Shown: positions 1 to 9,343 of the stretch, one piece after another
How the letters are laid out: each line of letters begins with the position of its first letter
How positions within the stretch are numbered: position 1 is the first letter of the stretch
Source of the DNA: Candidatus Nomurabacteria bacterium
GTDB taxonomy: Bacteria > Patescibacteriota > Minisyncoccia > Phycocordibacterales > UBA918
NCBI GenBank assembly: GCA_020632135.1
Contig: JACKGC010000002.1
Span: 3,325-67,324, forward strand
Direction of reading: 5' to 3'
Length of the DNA stretch: 64,000 bases
Position numbers and translations under genes: made by a program
Notes under the pieces: model-generated
What the model saw: the letters and a program-made list of their open reading frames with translations, nothing else
Told to the model about the DNA's origin: nothing
Database searches by the model: none

Positions 1-598
1 CAACGATAGCTGCAATGACCTCTAGGCCACGCTCACCGCCGAAGAGAGCGAGATACGGTTCATGTGTCACAACAGACTCTTCAATACGGTCGAGGGCGGG
101 GTCGACATAGGGTGGGTTGCTCAGGATGTAGTCGTACTTGTCGACTACTGTTGAAAAGAGGTTACTGTGGAAAATGTGGTAGCGCGTTGCGTCGATCTGG
201 TTTTCCTTTAGGTTTTTCTCAATGGTGGAGAGGTGGGTTTGGTCAATTTCGGCGAAGTCGACGAGGGTGTTTTGTAGTGCCTTCGCTACGGCGATGCCGA
301 TGCAGCCGCTGCCGGCACACAGGTCGAGAACTCGCACTGGCTTGGCGGCAAACCCGAGAGGGAGAGTGGCACCGCCGCGGATGGTAGTAATGGCTTCTTC
401 GGTCCAGTACTCAGTCTCGGGGCGGGGAATGAGTGGTCTGGAATCGAGCCAGATCTTGCAGTTGAGAAATGGTGTGTGGCCAATGAGGTAGGCGAGTGGT
501 TCGCCGAGGGCGAGGCGTTTGCAGTCGGCGAAAAAAGCTACGCTTTTTTCGCCGTCGTATTTTTCCTGCAGTAACCACGCCATCTCTTGACTTTGCAT
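1..598 (-). CDS. prmC: Release-factor glutamine N5-methyltransferase (PrmC/HemK family); C-terminus cut by the window edge
   Basis: Absent from the ORF track because it runs off the left edge. Hand translation from ATG (complement of 596-598): MQSQEMAWLLQEKYDGEK...RVLDLCAGSGCIGIAVAKAL...YILSNPPYVDPALDRIEESVVTHEPYLALFGGERGLEV. The NPPY catalytic motif is encoded at 107-118. Confidence 0.8.
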   Translation of the reverse strand, partial: MQSQEMAWLLQEKYDGEKSVAFFADCKRLALGEPLAYLIGHTPFLNCKIWLDSRPLIPRPETEYWTEEAITTIRGGATLPLGFAAKPVRVLDLCAGSGCIGIAVAKALQNTLVDFAEIDQTHLSTIEKNLKENQIDATRYHIFHSNLFSTVVDKYDYILSNPPYVDPALDRIEESVVTHEPYLALFGGERGLEVIAAIV

Positions 599-663
599 AC
601 GTACTTAGTACTATGCGATACAGTAACGTGTTCGTCAATAAATTACCTGTAGGAGAAATCCGT

Positions 664-1098
664 ATGGACAGAATGGTGGTGAATAATCACGGCATCCAGT
701 ATGTGCCAATTGATGCATTGGAGGAACAAATAATCGCTGAGATCAAGAAACACGGCCGGTCACTCGGCGTCTTACATCGACTGTGTCAGGATGTTCAGTT
801 TACCCTGACGTGCCGACTCACTGCACCAGGTGGCACACTGCTGACGGCCGACGAATTTCGTACATTCTGGCGGTCTATCTTTCAAATGAACCTCATCTCG
901 GTCGAGAAGCAGGCTGAACTGTTCGGGATCCCAGAGGCAAGTATGTGGAATTGGCTTTCTCTACTGATGAGTACCAAAGCGGCACTGGTACCGATCGTGC
1001 CATCAGCCTTCAAAGAGGTACTCCAAAGTGCCTTGCGGCTCATGCGTGATACGATTGCGGAACAATCGGCGAAAGAAGGATCGGTACACCAGCTATGA
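664..1098 (+). CDS. Hypothetical protein with a possible HTH segment (ISVEKQAELFGIPEASMWNWL)
   Basis: The ORF-track ORF 496..1098 overlaps prmC. The internal ATG at 664 has an AGGAG 8 nt upstream; ATG 613 is an alternative start. A terminator follows. Confidence 0.45.
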   Translation: MDRMVVNNHGIQYVPIDALEEQIIAEIKKHGRSLGVLHRLCQDVQFTLTCRLTAPGGTLLTADEFRTFWRSIFQMNLISVEKQAELFGIPEASMWNWLSLLMSTKAALVPIVPSAFKEVLQSALRLMRDTIAEQSAKEGSVHQL

Positions 1099-1114
1099 TT
1101 TGCTTTGGTGTGAA

Positions 1115-1147
1115 GGCCGGCGCGCTTCGCGCGCCGGCCTTTTTATT
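1115..1147 (+). terminator. Rho-independent terminator
   Basis: GGCCGGCGCG-cttc-CGCGCCGGCC hairpin followed by TTTTTATTTT. Confidence 0.7.
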
Positions 1148-1164
1148 TTGTTATACTTACCCGC

Positions 1165-1920
1165 ATGTCGGAGTATATTCTCAAGATCAAAAACCTCACT
1201 AAGGTGTATCGCGACCGCAAGCAGGAAAAGTTGGCGGTCAATGACATCTCGCTATCGGTCCGCCGTGGGAGTTTCTTTGGGCTCCTTGGCCCTAATGGTG
1301 CGGGTAAGAGCACGACCATTCACTGTATCACCGGCATTGCGCAGCCTACTTCAGGAACCATAACGATTGACGGGGTCGATGTGGTGAAGGACTACAAGCT
1401 GGCTCGAACGAAAGTGGGGCTCTCACCGCAGGAGTTTAACGTCAACATTTTTAATACTACCGAGCAACTGATGGACTACATGGGTGGGTACTACGGTATT
1501 AAGAAGGCCGCCCGAAAGGCAAAGATCGACCAGCTTGTAGAGCGGTTTGACCTCACTGAGCATCGCCAGGTAGTCTTTCAGCGCCTTTCGGGCGGTCTCA
1601 AGCGCCGGGCCATTCTTGGTCGCGCGCTCATTCACACACCCGACCTACTTATCCTTGATGAGCCTACGGCCGGAGTGGATGTCGAGCAGCGGCACGACTT
1701 GTGGGGTTACTTGCGCGAGCTAAACGAAATGGGTAAGACGATCATTCTCACCTCACACTACCTCGAGGAGATTCAGGCGCTGTGTGACGATATTGCCATT
1801 ATCAACCGTGGCCAGATCGTCGCGCACGGCACCAAGGCCGAATTTATGAAAGACGGCAAGAGCGTCGAAGAGGCGTACTTAGAGATCACCCGCGCGGCTA
1901 ATAACAACTCTGCAGTATGA
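1165..1920 (+). CDS. ABC transporter ATP-binding protein (ABC-2/DrrA-like exporter type)
   Basis: Walker A GPNGAGKST, ABC signature LSGGLKRR, Walker B LLILDEPTAGVD. Its stop overlaps the permease start by 4 nt. Confidence 0.95.
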   Translation: MSEYILKIKNLTKVYRDRKQEKLAVNDISLSVRRGSFFGLLGPNGAGKSTTIHCITGIAQPTSGTITIDGVDVVKDYKLARTKVGLSPQEFNVNIFNTTEQLMDYMGGYYGIKKAARKAKIDQLVERFDLTEHRQVVFQRLSGGLKRRAILGRALIHTPDLLILDEPTAGVDVEQRHDLWGYLRELNEMGKTIILTSHYLEEIQALCDDIAIINRGQIVAHGTKAEFMKDGKSVEEAYLEITRAANNNSAV

Positions 1921-2678
1921 ATTGGATCGGACTCTATACGCTCATAAGACGGGAAGTGGAGCGTACCTTTGCGGTAGTCATTCAGACGCTCGTGGCGCCA
2001 CTTATCTCGGCGACACTCTACCTGTTCATCTTTGGGGTGGTGATTGGCAGTCGGATCGAGGATTTCGCTGGCGTGCCCTTCATCTCGTTCGTCTTTCCGG
2101 GCGTGCTGTTGCTTTCAATTATTAATGCGTCATTCGCGAGCGCTTCCTCAGGACTCTACTTCATGCGCTTCTCACGTGCGATCGAGGAGCTATTAATCGC
2201 GCCACTGTCGTACTTTGAGATGCTGATTGGTTTTGTGGGGAGTGCAGTGGCTCGGGCGCTTATAGTAGGGACGCTCATTTTGGGTGTTGGTGTACTGTTT
2301 GGTGCGGTCACGCTAGTTGATCCCTTTGGCTTCTTTTTCTATGTCACCGCCATTGCAGCGATCTTTGCGATGCTTGGTATCATTGTGGCACTCTGGGCAG
2401 AAGATTTTGAGCAGCTGCAGGTACTCAATACTTTTGTGATCACACCGTTGACTTACCTCGGCGGCATTTTCTACTCCATTACGTTCCTACCAGAGCTTGC
2501 GGCCACTATTACACGCGCCAACCCCTTCTTTTACTTTGCTGATGGAATTAGAAGTAGCATGATCGGCTACAGTGAAGCAGATACTGCTGTTGGGCTTGTG
2601 ATCATTCTTGGCCTGGTCGTTGGTTTGGGAGTACTGGTGACTGAGCTTTTCCGGCGGGGGTGGAAGATCCGCGGGTAA
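1917..2678 (+). CDS. ABC-2 type transporter permease
   Basis: 253-aa polytopic hydrophobic protein, translationally coupled to the ATPase (ATGA overlap). Confidence 0.85.
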   Translation: MNWIGLYTLIRREVERTFAVVIQTLVAPLISATLYLFIFGVVIGSRIEDFAGVPFISFVFPGVLLLSIINASFASASSGLYFMRFSRAIEELLIAPLSYFEMLIGFVGSAVARALIVGTLILGVGVLFGAVTLVDPFGFFFYVTAIAAIFAMLGIIVALWAEDFEQLQVLNTFVITPLTYLGGIFYSITFLPELAATITRANPFFYFADGIRSSMIGYSEADTAVGLVIILGLVVGLGVLVTELFRRGWKIRG

Positions 2679-2735
2679 GTTGCCCACAGAGGCGCGGACC
2701 CTTCGGGTCCCCGCCTCTGGTACACTATCCATAGT

Positions 2736-3737
2736 ATGAAAAAGAACACCAAACTATATGAGACCGCAACCGCCCTGCTCGAACCCGGCAAAGGTATCTT
2801 AGCGGCGGATGAAAGCGATGCGACTGCAGGGAAGCGCCTTGATATGGTGCATCTTCCTAACGAGCCAGAGCACCGACGTGATTTTCGTGAGATCCTCTTC
2901 ACCGCTCCTGATATCGAGAAGTATGTCTCAGGTGTCATCATGTATGACTCCTCCATTCGTAATAGCACCAAAGACGGCATGCCATTCGCTGACGTGCTTA
3001 CTGCGAAAGGGATCGTGCCTGGCATCAAGGTTGACCTCGGCGTGCGCGACCTTGAGGGTTTTAAGGGTGAGGTAGTAACTCAAGGACTCGACAATCTCGC
3101 TGAGCGCTTTGCTGAGTACTACGATCTGGGTGCGCGCTTTGCGAAGTGGCGTTCGGTCATTACGATCGATGAAGACGAAACTCCGACTGAACAATCACTG
3201 AAAATTAACGCCATCATGCTCGCGCGGTATGCACAGATCGCGCAGGCAGCTGATATCGTACCGATCGTCGAGCCGGAAGTGATCCATGCCGGTGACCACT
3301 CACTTGAGAGGGCTGAGCTGGTGACCACCAAGGCCTTGCAGATCCTGTTCCAGACGCTCCTGGAGTATCGTGTTGATCTCTCAGGACTCATTTTAAAATC
3401 ATCGATGGTGCTTGCGGGCGACAGCTACTCCGACCAGACTTCACCTGAGGAAGTAGCGCAAGCAACCCTGCGCACTTTCCACATGAGCGTGCCGCATGCG
3501 TGTGCTGGCATCGTATTCCTTTCAGGCGGTCAGTCGCCAGAGCGCTCCACCCAAAATCTCAATGCCATCGCCAAGATGGGCGAACAGCCATGGCCGATCA
3601 CGTTTTCGTTCTCACGAGCGATCGAAGAGCCAATGCTCAAGGCGTGGGGTGGTAAGCCAGAAAATGTCCAGGCTGCCCAGGAGGCATTGGTGAAGACGTG
3701 CGAGCAGAATAGTTTGGCGAGCTTAGGGAAGCTGTAA
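2736..3737 (+). CDS. Fructose-bisphosphate aldolase, class I
   Basis: N-terminal GKGILAADESDATAGKRL motif typical of class I FBA. Length 333 aa. Confidence 0.9.
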   Translation: MKKNTKLYETATALLEPGKGILAADESDATAGKRLDMVHLPNEPEHRRDFREILFTAPDIEKYVSGVIMYDSSIRNSTKDGMPFADVLTAKGIVPGIKVDLGVRDLEGFKGEVVTQGLDNLAERFAEYYDLGARFAKWRSVITIDEDETPTEQSLKINAIMLARYAQIAQAADIVPIVEPEVIHAGDHSLERAELVTTKALQILFQTLLEYRVDLSGLILKSSMVLAGDSYSDQTSPEEVAQATLRTFHMSVPHACAGIVFLSGGQSPERSTQNLNAIAKMGEQPWPITFSFSRAIEEPMLKAWGGKPENVQAAQEALVKTCEQNSLASLGKL

Positions 3738-3753
3738 ACTAGTAGCGGCCACT

Positions 3754-3890
3754 TTCACACACTACCTTGGCGAGCATTTGCAGGCGCCGAGCTTGTTTTT
3801 ATCCGTTAGGTGGTAGCAGGATAAAAGTTGGCGTCGAAACCGAAGTAAAATTCTGCTGAGAATTGTACGGTCGCCAAGGTAGTGTGTGAA
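3754..3890. other. 137-nt rod-like inverted-repeat element: candidate structured ncRNA or MITE-like element
   Basis: TTCACACACTACCTTGGCGA (3754-3773) is the perfect reverse complement of 3871-3890. Inner helices are possible: GGCGCC 3783-3788 with GGCGTC 3830-3835, and TTATCC 3800-3805 with GGATAA 3820-3825. No ORF. Confidence 0.3.
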
Positions 3891-3925
3891 GCTTGGTTTT
3901 GGTGAAGTTTGTAGGTGAATAAAAA

Positions 3926-3950
3926 TGGCCGGCCCCGAAGGGGCCGGCCA
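3926..3950. terminator. Bidirectional rho-independent terminator (fba side and rpmG side)
   Basis: TGGCCGGCCCC-gaa-GGGGCCGGCCA with an A-run on the left and a T-run on the right. Confidence 0.7.
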
Positions 3951-3955
3951 TTTAA

Positions 3956-4135
3956 TTATTTTTTCTGCTTGTATACCGTGTGCTTTTTAGCGATCGGGTT
4001 GAATTTGGTGGTCTCGTACTTCTTACTCGGGTCCTTCTTGTTCTTGTTGTTAAACCGAGTGTAGTACACATGACCTTTACCAACGCCATTTTCGTCGCCC
4101 GCAGACACTAATTTGACAAGTAAATCTTGTGACAT
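3956..4135 (-). CDS. rpmG: 50S ribosomal protein L33
   Basis: 59-aa ORF below the ORF-track cutoff. Hand translation: MSQDLLVKLVSAGDENGVGKGHVYYTRFNNKNKKDPSKKYETTKFNPIAKKHTVYKQKK, which fits the L33 pattern (basic, KK..L.L.KFNP..KKH..YKE.K). Confidence 0.8.
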   Translation of the reverse strand: MSQDLLVKLVSAGDENGVGKGHVYYTRFNNKNKKDPSKKYETTKFNPIAKKHTVYKQKK

Positions 4136-4298
4136 AGTTGCACGATGATAGCAAAAGGAACCAAAAAGGTCAATCTGTCAATTTTGGCGCTATTAATCAA
4201 CAGTTTATGCACTCTTTAGAGTCGGGTTCGGCAGGCCCCTCGTGGTACCATGAGGATAACTACAGCCGAGTGGTGCAGTAGGTGTGGTGCAAGTCGTC

Positions 4299-5522
4299 AT
4301 GAGAGTACTTACTTTTGGTTGGGAATTTCCACCTGCAAAAAATGGCGGGCTCGGAGTTGCTTGCTACGGACTCACAAGAGAGCTTCTACAAAGCGGTGTA
4401 GAGGTCATTTTTGTGCTTCCTAAAACTCAAGAAACGCGCGGCAATGCACGCTTTTTGTTTGCTGACCACGAGCGACTTCTCAAAGTCCGCCACACTGACA
4501 TCTCACTGAAGCCGTATCAGCAGGCAGACAGTCTTATCCGCACTATTATTGGGTACGACAAACAAGGTCATCCGATCATCCGTTCACGCACCATCATTGA
4601 AGAGGCACATCGCTTTGCCCACCAAGCTGCACTGATCGCTCAAGAAGAGGAATTTGATGTGATTCACGCGCACGATTGGACCTCCTACCTGGCAGGCGTT
4701 GCAGCCAAGATTGCAAGCGGGAAGCCGCTTATCCTTCATGTCCACGCCACCTCATACGATCAAGCTGCGAGTGAGAATGTCGATCCGTCCATCTTTAAGA
4801 TCGAGCAAGAATCATTCACATTTGCAGACAAAGTAGTAACAGTGAGTGGTTACACGAAGAATATCTTGGTCCAAAAGCATGGCGTACCCGCCGCGAAAGT
4901 TGAGGTGGTACACAACGGTTGTGATACGAACGAGCCTCCACGTCTCCCGCAAACTCTCACCGAGCTCAAACGCCAAGGTAAGAAGATCGTGCTGTATCAT
5001 GGACGCATCAGCATCCAAAAGGGTGTTGACCACTTCATCCGTGCTGCGCGGCGGGTGGTTGATGTCGATCCCACTGTCATCTTTGTGGTTTCAGGTTGGG
5101 GTGATATGACCAACCAGATCATCGAGCAAGTCGGCGCGATGAGGCTCTCAGAGCACGTGCGCTTCGCGGGTGCGCTTTGGGAAGAAGAACGAGACCGCAT
5201 GTATCAGAGCGCCGACCTGGTGGTCATGCCGTCCGTCTCTGAACCATTTGGTCTCGTACCGTTGGAAGCTCTCCAGCACGGCACTCCAGCGATCATCAGT
5301 AAGCAATCAGGGGTCTCTGAAGTCCTTTCACATGTACTGAAGGTAGATTTCTGGGATATCGATGAGATGGCCAATCAGATTCTCTCGGCACTCCGCTACC
5401 CGGTCATACGTGAGCAGATGGTCAAGGAAGGAAAGTGGCAAATGCAAGGCATGTCATGGCGCTTCGCAGCGGAAAAGATCAAGCGTCTTTATCAGAGTCT
5501 GGTACAATACGTTACACCATAG
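4299..5522 (+). CDS. Glycosyltransferase, GT4/GT5 glycogen-synthase-like
   Basis: MRVLTFGWEFPPAKNGGLGVA N-terminus and the C-terminal EPFGLVPLEA motif of retaining GT-B enzymes. ATG 4299 is preferred over GTG 4284. Sits in an operon with GH57 and GH15. Confidence 0.8.
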   Translation: MRVLTFGWEFPPAKNGGLGVACYGLTRELLQSGVEVIFVLPKTQETRGNARFLFADHERLLKVRHTDISLKPYQQADSLIRTIIGYDKQGHPIIRSRTIIEEAHRFAHQAALIAQEEEFDVIHAHDWTSYLAGVAAKIASGKPLILHVHATSYDQAASENVDPSIFKIEQESFTFADKVVTVSGYTKNILVQKHGVPAAKVEVVHNGCDTNEPPRLPQTLTELKRQGKKIVLYHGRISIQKGVDHFIRAARRVVDVDPTVIFVVSGWGDMTNQIIEQVGAMRLSEHVRFAGALWEEERDRMYQSADLVVMPSVSEPFGLVPLEALQHGTPAIISKQSGVSEVLSHVLKVDFWDIDEMANQILSALRYPVIREQMVKEGKWQMQGMSWRFAAEKIKRLYQSLVQYVTP

Positions 5523-5525
5523 GTT

Positions 5526-6932
5526 ATGCTTACTGTTTGCCCATATTTCCACGTTCATCAGCCCTTCCGAGTGAAGCGATATCGAGTGTTCGATATCGGA
5601 AATGACACTGAATATTTCAATGATATGAGTGGCACCGATCTCGACAATCGTTTCATTGTTGAAAAGGTAGCCAATAAATCATATCGTCCCACTAATCGCG
5701 TTTTGAAGGAACTTCTCGATCGTCATCCTGAATTCCGTTTTAATCTTTCTTTCTCAGGTACGGTACTCGATCAATTTGAGGCCTACGCACCAGATGTACT
5801 CGAATCATTCCAGGAGTTAGTCGCGACGGGCCGCGTCGAGATTCTCGCAGACACATACCATCACTCACTCGCGTTCTTCTACTCTGTGCCGGAGTTCAAA
5901 CGGCAGGTAGAACAGCATGAACGCAAGATCAAAAAACTCTTTGGGGTGAAACCGCGCGTCTTCCGCAACACTGAGCTTTCGTATCGTAACGATCTTGCGA
6001 AGTGGTGCGAAGACAATGGCTACCTCGGCATTATGGCGGAAGGTTGGGACAAGTACCTTGGATGGCGGAGCCCTAATTATCTGTACCGCCCAACGGGGTG
6101 TAGCAAGATCAAGGTACTTCTGAAGAACTACAAGCTCTCTGATGACATTGCGTTTCGGTTTGGTAATAAGCAGTGGGAAAGTTGGCCGTTGTCGGCTGAC
6201 ACCTACGCCAACTGGATCCATGCCCACCATGGTGACGGACAAACGGTTAACCTTTTCATGGACTACGAGAGTTTCGGAGAGCATCAGTGGGAAGATACTG
6301 GCATCTTCGATTTTCTTCGTGCTATGCCTGAGATGGTCATGCGTCATCCGGACACCAGCTTTAAGACTGCAACCGAAACCGTACAGTCGTACGATGTCGC
6401 TGGCGAGTATGATGTGCCGGACGTGCTCACCTGGGCCGATACCGACCGCGACCTCACTGCCTGGAACGGTAATGATATCCAGCGCGACGCGATCGCTGCC
6501 ACATACCGTCTTGAGGAAGACATCATGAAAACGCGCAAACGCGATCTCATTGAAACCTGGCGTAAGCTGCAGACCTCTGACCACTTCTACTACATGTGTA
6601 CCAAGTGGGCGAATGATGGTGATGTACACGCGTACTTCTCTCCGTACCAATCCCCATATGATGCATATATTGCTTTCATGAATGCGCTTAGTGATTTACA
6701 ATTACGAGTAAGCCATGCGGTGGCTGAACGTGAAGCAAAGGAAGTGGCGGTTGCCACTGCCGAGCCTGCTTCGGTGGAAGAGGAAGTGGTGGAGCTTGAG
6801 CCGATGCCGGAACGGTCACAGGTGCCTGCGCCTGAACCTGAACCGGCTCTGTCACCACGACGGTGGTGGGAGAAGATCCTGGATGCAATACCGTTCTTTA
6901 GTCGTCCTCGACGTGAGGGAATAAGTTCTTAA
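5526..6932 (+). CDS. Glycoside hydrolase family 57 (alpha-amylase/branching-enzyme type) with an acidic, Pro-rich C-terminal tail
   Basis: N-terminal CPYFHVHQPFR GH57 signature and an FRNTELSY region. The C-terminal ~70 aa are E/P/V-rich. Confidence 0.85.
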   Translation: MLTVCPYFHVHQPFRVKRYRVFDIGNDTEYFNDMSGTDLDNRFIVEKVANKSYRPTNRVLKELLDRHPEFRFNLSFSGTVLDQFEAYAPDVLESFQELVATGRVEILADTYHHSLAFFYSVPEFKRQVEQHERKIKKLFGVKPRVFRNTELSYRNDLAKWCEDNGYLGIMAEGWDKYLGWRSPNYLYRPTGCSKIKVLLKNYKLSDDIAFRFGNKQWESWPLSADTYANWIHAHHGDGQTVNLFMDYESFGEHQWEDTGIFDFLRAMPEMVMRHPDTSFKTATETVQSYDVAGEYDVPDVLTWADTDRDLTAWNGNDIQRDAIAATYRLEEDIMKTRKRDLIETWRKLQTSDHFYYMCTKWANDGDVHAYFSPYQSPYDAYIAFMNALSDLQLRVSHAVAEREAKEVAVATAEPASVEEEVVELEPMPERSQVPAPEPEPALSPRRWWEKILDAIPFFSRPRREGISS

Positions 6933-6938
6933 TATTTT

Positions 6939-7331
6939 ATGCCAACCAAAACAACTAAGAAGCCCGTAGCTAAGAAAGCTACCAAAACAGTGACCAAGAA
7001 AGTCTCTAAGAAAGTTGTGAAAAAAGCAGCGCCAAAAAAGCAAGGTGCAAAAGTAGCTAGTAAGAAAGAGCTGGTGTACGCTGATAATCAGAAGTCATTT
7101 TGGGTGACCAACGGCCAAATCCTCAATAGTCTTGTGGCGTTGCGAGATGCGCTTGATGAAATGGAGAAGGAGGTCTACAGCTACCACGCGGGAACGGCGC
7201 ACAACGATTTCGCTAATTGGGTGTCTGATGTCCTCTGTGACCAGGCGTGTGCGGTGGATCTCGAAAAAGCCAAGACACCAAAGTCGGCAAAGACAGTGGT
7301 GGTGCGGCACCTTAAGACATACACAGTGTAA
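6939..7331 (+). CDS. Small protein with a Lys-rich (histone H1-like) N-terminus and a conserved C-terminal domain
   Basis: MPTKTTKKPVAKKATKTVTKKVSKKVVKKAAPKK... followed by FWVTNGQILNSLVALRDALDEMEKEVYSYHAGTAHNDFANWV. Tightly packed between GH57 and GH15. Confidence 0.6.
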   Translation: MPTKTTKKPVAKKATKTVTKKVSKKVVKKAAPKKQGAKVASKKELVYADNQKSFWVTNGQILNSLVALRDALDEMEKEVYSYHAGTAHNDFANWVSDVLCDQACAVDLEKAKTPKSAKTVVVRHLKTYTV

Positions 7332-9314
7332 TTGCCTATGGCTCGTTCGGTCACGATCGGAAACGGCAACTTGCTTGTCGGCCTCGATGCGCGAGGCCAG
7401 GTTCGTGATATGTACTATCCGTACGTGGGCGAGGCAAACCACGTCAGTGGTGCGAGCGGTAATTTCGTTCATCGTATCGGCGTGTTTGTTGACGGAGAGA
7501 TATCATGGCTGGATGACCCTGGTTGGCGGGTCACCAGCGGACTGGAGGAGGATTCTTGTCTTGGCAGCGTCTTTGCGGAGCACGCAAAACTCGGTATTGC
7601 CATATCGACACGCGACGTGGTTCATAATGAGCACGACGTCTTTTTGCGACACTTCACCATTCATAATCAGCGTGAGGAAACACGCACTATCAAACTATTC
7701 CTCTCTCAGCAGTTTCGCATTTATGAGTCTCGTCGTGGTGATACGGGCTTCTATGATCCGCGCGTGAATGCGATCATTCACTACAAGGGAGACATGACAA
7801 TTCTGGTCAACGCAGTGAGTGGTAAGCAATCATTTCAGGAGTACAACATCGGCTTGTTTGGTATTGAAGGAAAGGAGGGCACGTATCTTGATGCGGTTGA
7901 TGGTGTGCTCGAACAAAACCCCATCGAGCATGGATCAGTTGATTCAGTATTGGGGTTATCGTTTACTATTTCTGGCCACGCATCTAACGATGCACATTAC
8001 TGGGTAGTATGTGGCTCGTCTATCGCCGAAGTGCACACGATGGACCAGTTGGTGCTGAGTGAAGGACCAGATCGGCTCATAGGTTCGACCGCTGGTTACT
8101 GGCATGCGTGGTTGGACAAGGAAGAGACAGATCTTTCCTTGCTGCCGGCAGAGCTCCAGACACTGTATCGACGTTCGCTCATGGTTATGCGGGTCCATAC
8201 CGACAATCGTGGCGGGATCATTGCCTCCAGCGATACGGACATGCTTCACCATGGTCGCGATACCTACAGCTACGTCTGGCCTCGTGACGCCGCCATGATC
8301 GCGCATGCGTTTGATCGCACTGGTTACCGTGACGTGTCCGTACGTTTTTTTAAACTAATGGCCGATCTGCTCGACCCGAGTGGGTATCTGATGCACAAGT
8401 ATCGCGCGGATGGGGTCTTGGGTAGTTCATGGCATCCGTGGATCATTAATGGAGAGGCACATTTGCCAATCCAGGAAGACGAGACTGCCACTGTGCTCTT
8501 TATGTTGTGGGAGCATTTTGAGCGCTATCGTGACATTGAGCTCGTGGAGTCGCTGTATAACACTTTTATTGAACCGGCCGCTGAATTCATGTGCGAGTAC
8601 ATCGAGTCACTGACCGGCTTACCGCAAGCATCATTCGACCTTTGGGAAGAGAAGTATGGCACTTCTACATATACCGCCGCCTCAGTCTATGGTGGCCTCA
8701 TGGCTGCAGCAAAGTTTGCCAATTTACTTGGAAAGGATGACGCATCGCGGATTTACCAAGCGGTGGCACAACGAATGCAGACCGCAATCGGTGAAGTGCT
8801 TTACGACAAAGAAGCAGGCGTGTTTGTGAAGCATGTACTTCATACATCTGATGGAGAGCTTGAGTACGATCGCACGGTTGATTCCAGCAGTCTCTACGGA
8901 TTGTTACTGTTCCGGGTGTTTGAGGTAGATGACCCACGTGTGACCAAGATGTTTGAGGTAGTTAAGGAGCGTCTGGAGGTAACAGGGAACAGTAAGGGTT
9001 TTGTGCGGTATGAGGGGGATCGATACTACCGCCGCCAGGAGGCTGGCTCACCGAACCCGTGGGTGATCTGTACGCTCTGGATCGCGCGCTATCATATTGA
9101 AAAAGCTCAGTCACTCAAAGATCTGAAGTATCCGCTGGAACTCCTTGAGTGGACTGCTTCGCATGCTACGACCGGTGGTGTCCTGGCAGAGCAAATGCAT
9201 CCTGATACCCGCGAGCAACTCTCCACTGCACCACTCGTGTGGAGTCATGCCGAATTTGTCTTAGCGGTCCAGGCATACATAGAAAAAGTGGCCGAGCTGA
9301 AAGATCAGAAATAA
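7332..9314 (+). CDS. Glycoside hydrolase family 15 (glucoamylase/glucodextranase-like)
   Basis: GGIIASSDTD and YSYVWPRDAA motifs typical of prokaryotic GH15. Length 660 aa. Confidence 0.9.
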   Translation: MPMARSVTIGNGNLLVGLDARGQVRDMYYPYVGEANHVSGASGNFVHRIGVFVDGEISWLDDPGWRVTSGLEEDSCLGSVFAEHAKLGIAISTRDVVHNEHDVFLRHFTIHNQREETRTIKLFLSQQFRIYESRRGDTGFYDPRVNAIIHYKGDMTILVNAVSGKQSFQEYNIGLFGIEGKEGTYLDAVDGVLEQNPIEHGSVDSVLGLSFTISGHASNDAHYWVVCGSSIAEVHTMDQLVLSEGPDRLIGSTAGYWHAWLDKEETDLSLLPAELQTLYRRSLMVMRVHTDNRGGIIASSDTDMLHHGRDTYSYVWPRDAAMIAHAFDRTGYRDVSVRFFKLMADLLDPSGYLMHKYRADGVLGSSWHPWIINGEAHLPIQEDETATVLFMLWEHFERYRDIELVESLYNTFIEPAAEFMCEYIESLTGLPQASFDLWEEKYGTSTYTAASVYGGLMAAAKFANLLGKDDASRIYQAVAQRMQTAIGEVLYDKEAGVFVKHVLHTSDGELEYDRTVDSSSLYGLLLFRVFEVDDPRVTKMFEVVKERLEVTGNSKGFVRYEGDRYYRRQEAGSPNPWVICTLWIARYHIEKAQSLKDLKYPLELLEWTASHATTGGVLAEQMHPDTREQLSTAPLVWSHAEFVLAVQAYIEKVAELKDQK

Positions 9315-9316
9315 GA

Positions 9317-9340
9317 AAACCGCGCCTGTAGGCGCGGTTT
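9317..9340. terminator. Bidirectional terminator
   Basis: AAACCGCGCC-tgta-GGCGCGGTTT between convergent genes. Confidence 0.7.
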
Positions 9341-9343
9341 GTA

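Noticed and set aside
64-491. Plus-strand ORFs 64..387 and 222..491 (Arg/Cys-rich translations)
   Set aside because: They lie antisense inside the prmC coding region, which has a clear NPPY methyltransferase translation. Their compositions look like shadow frames.
3754-3890. Identification of the 137-nt hairpin as SRP (4.5S) or 6S RNA
   Set aside because: There is no GNRA tetraloop with flanking conserved AGG/AGCA helix-8 motifs in a convincing arrangement, and no 6S-type central bubble. I kept it only as an unclassified structured element.
5865-6650. 261-aa minus-strand ORF
   Set aside because: It lies entirely antisense within the well-supported GH57 gene and has a low-complexity, Arg-rich shadow-frame composition.
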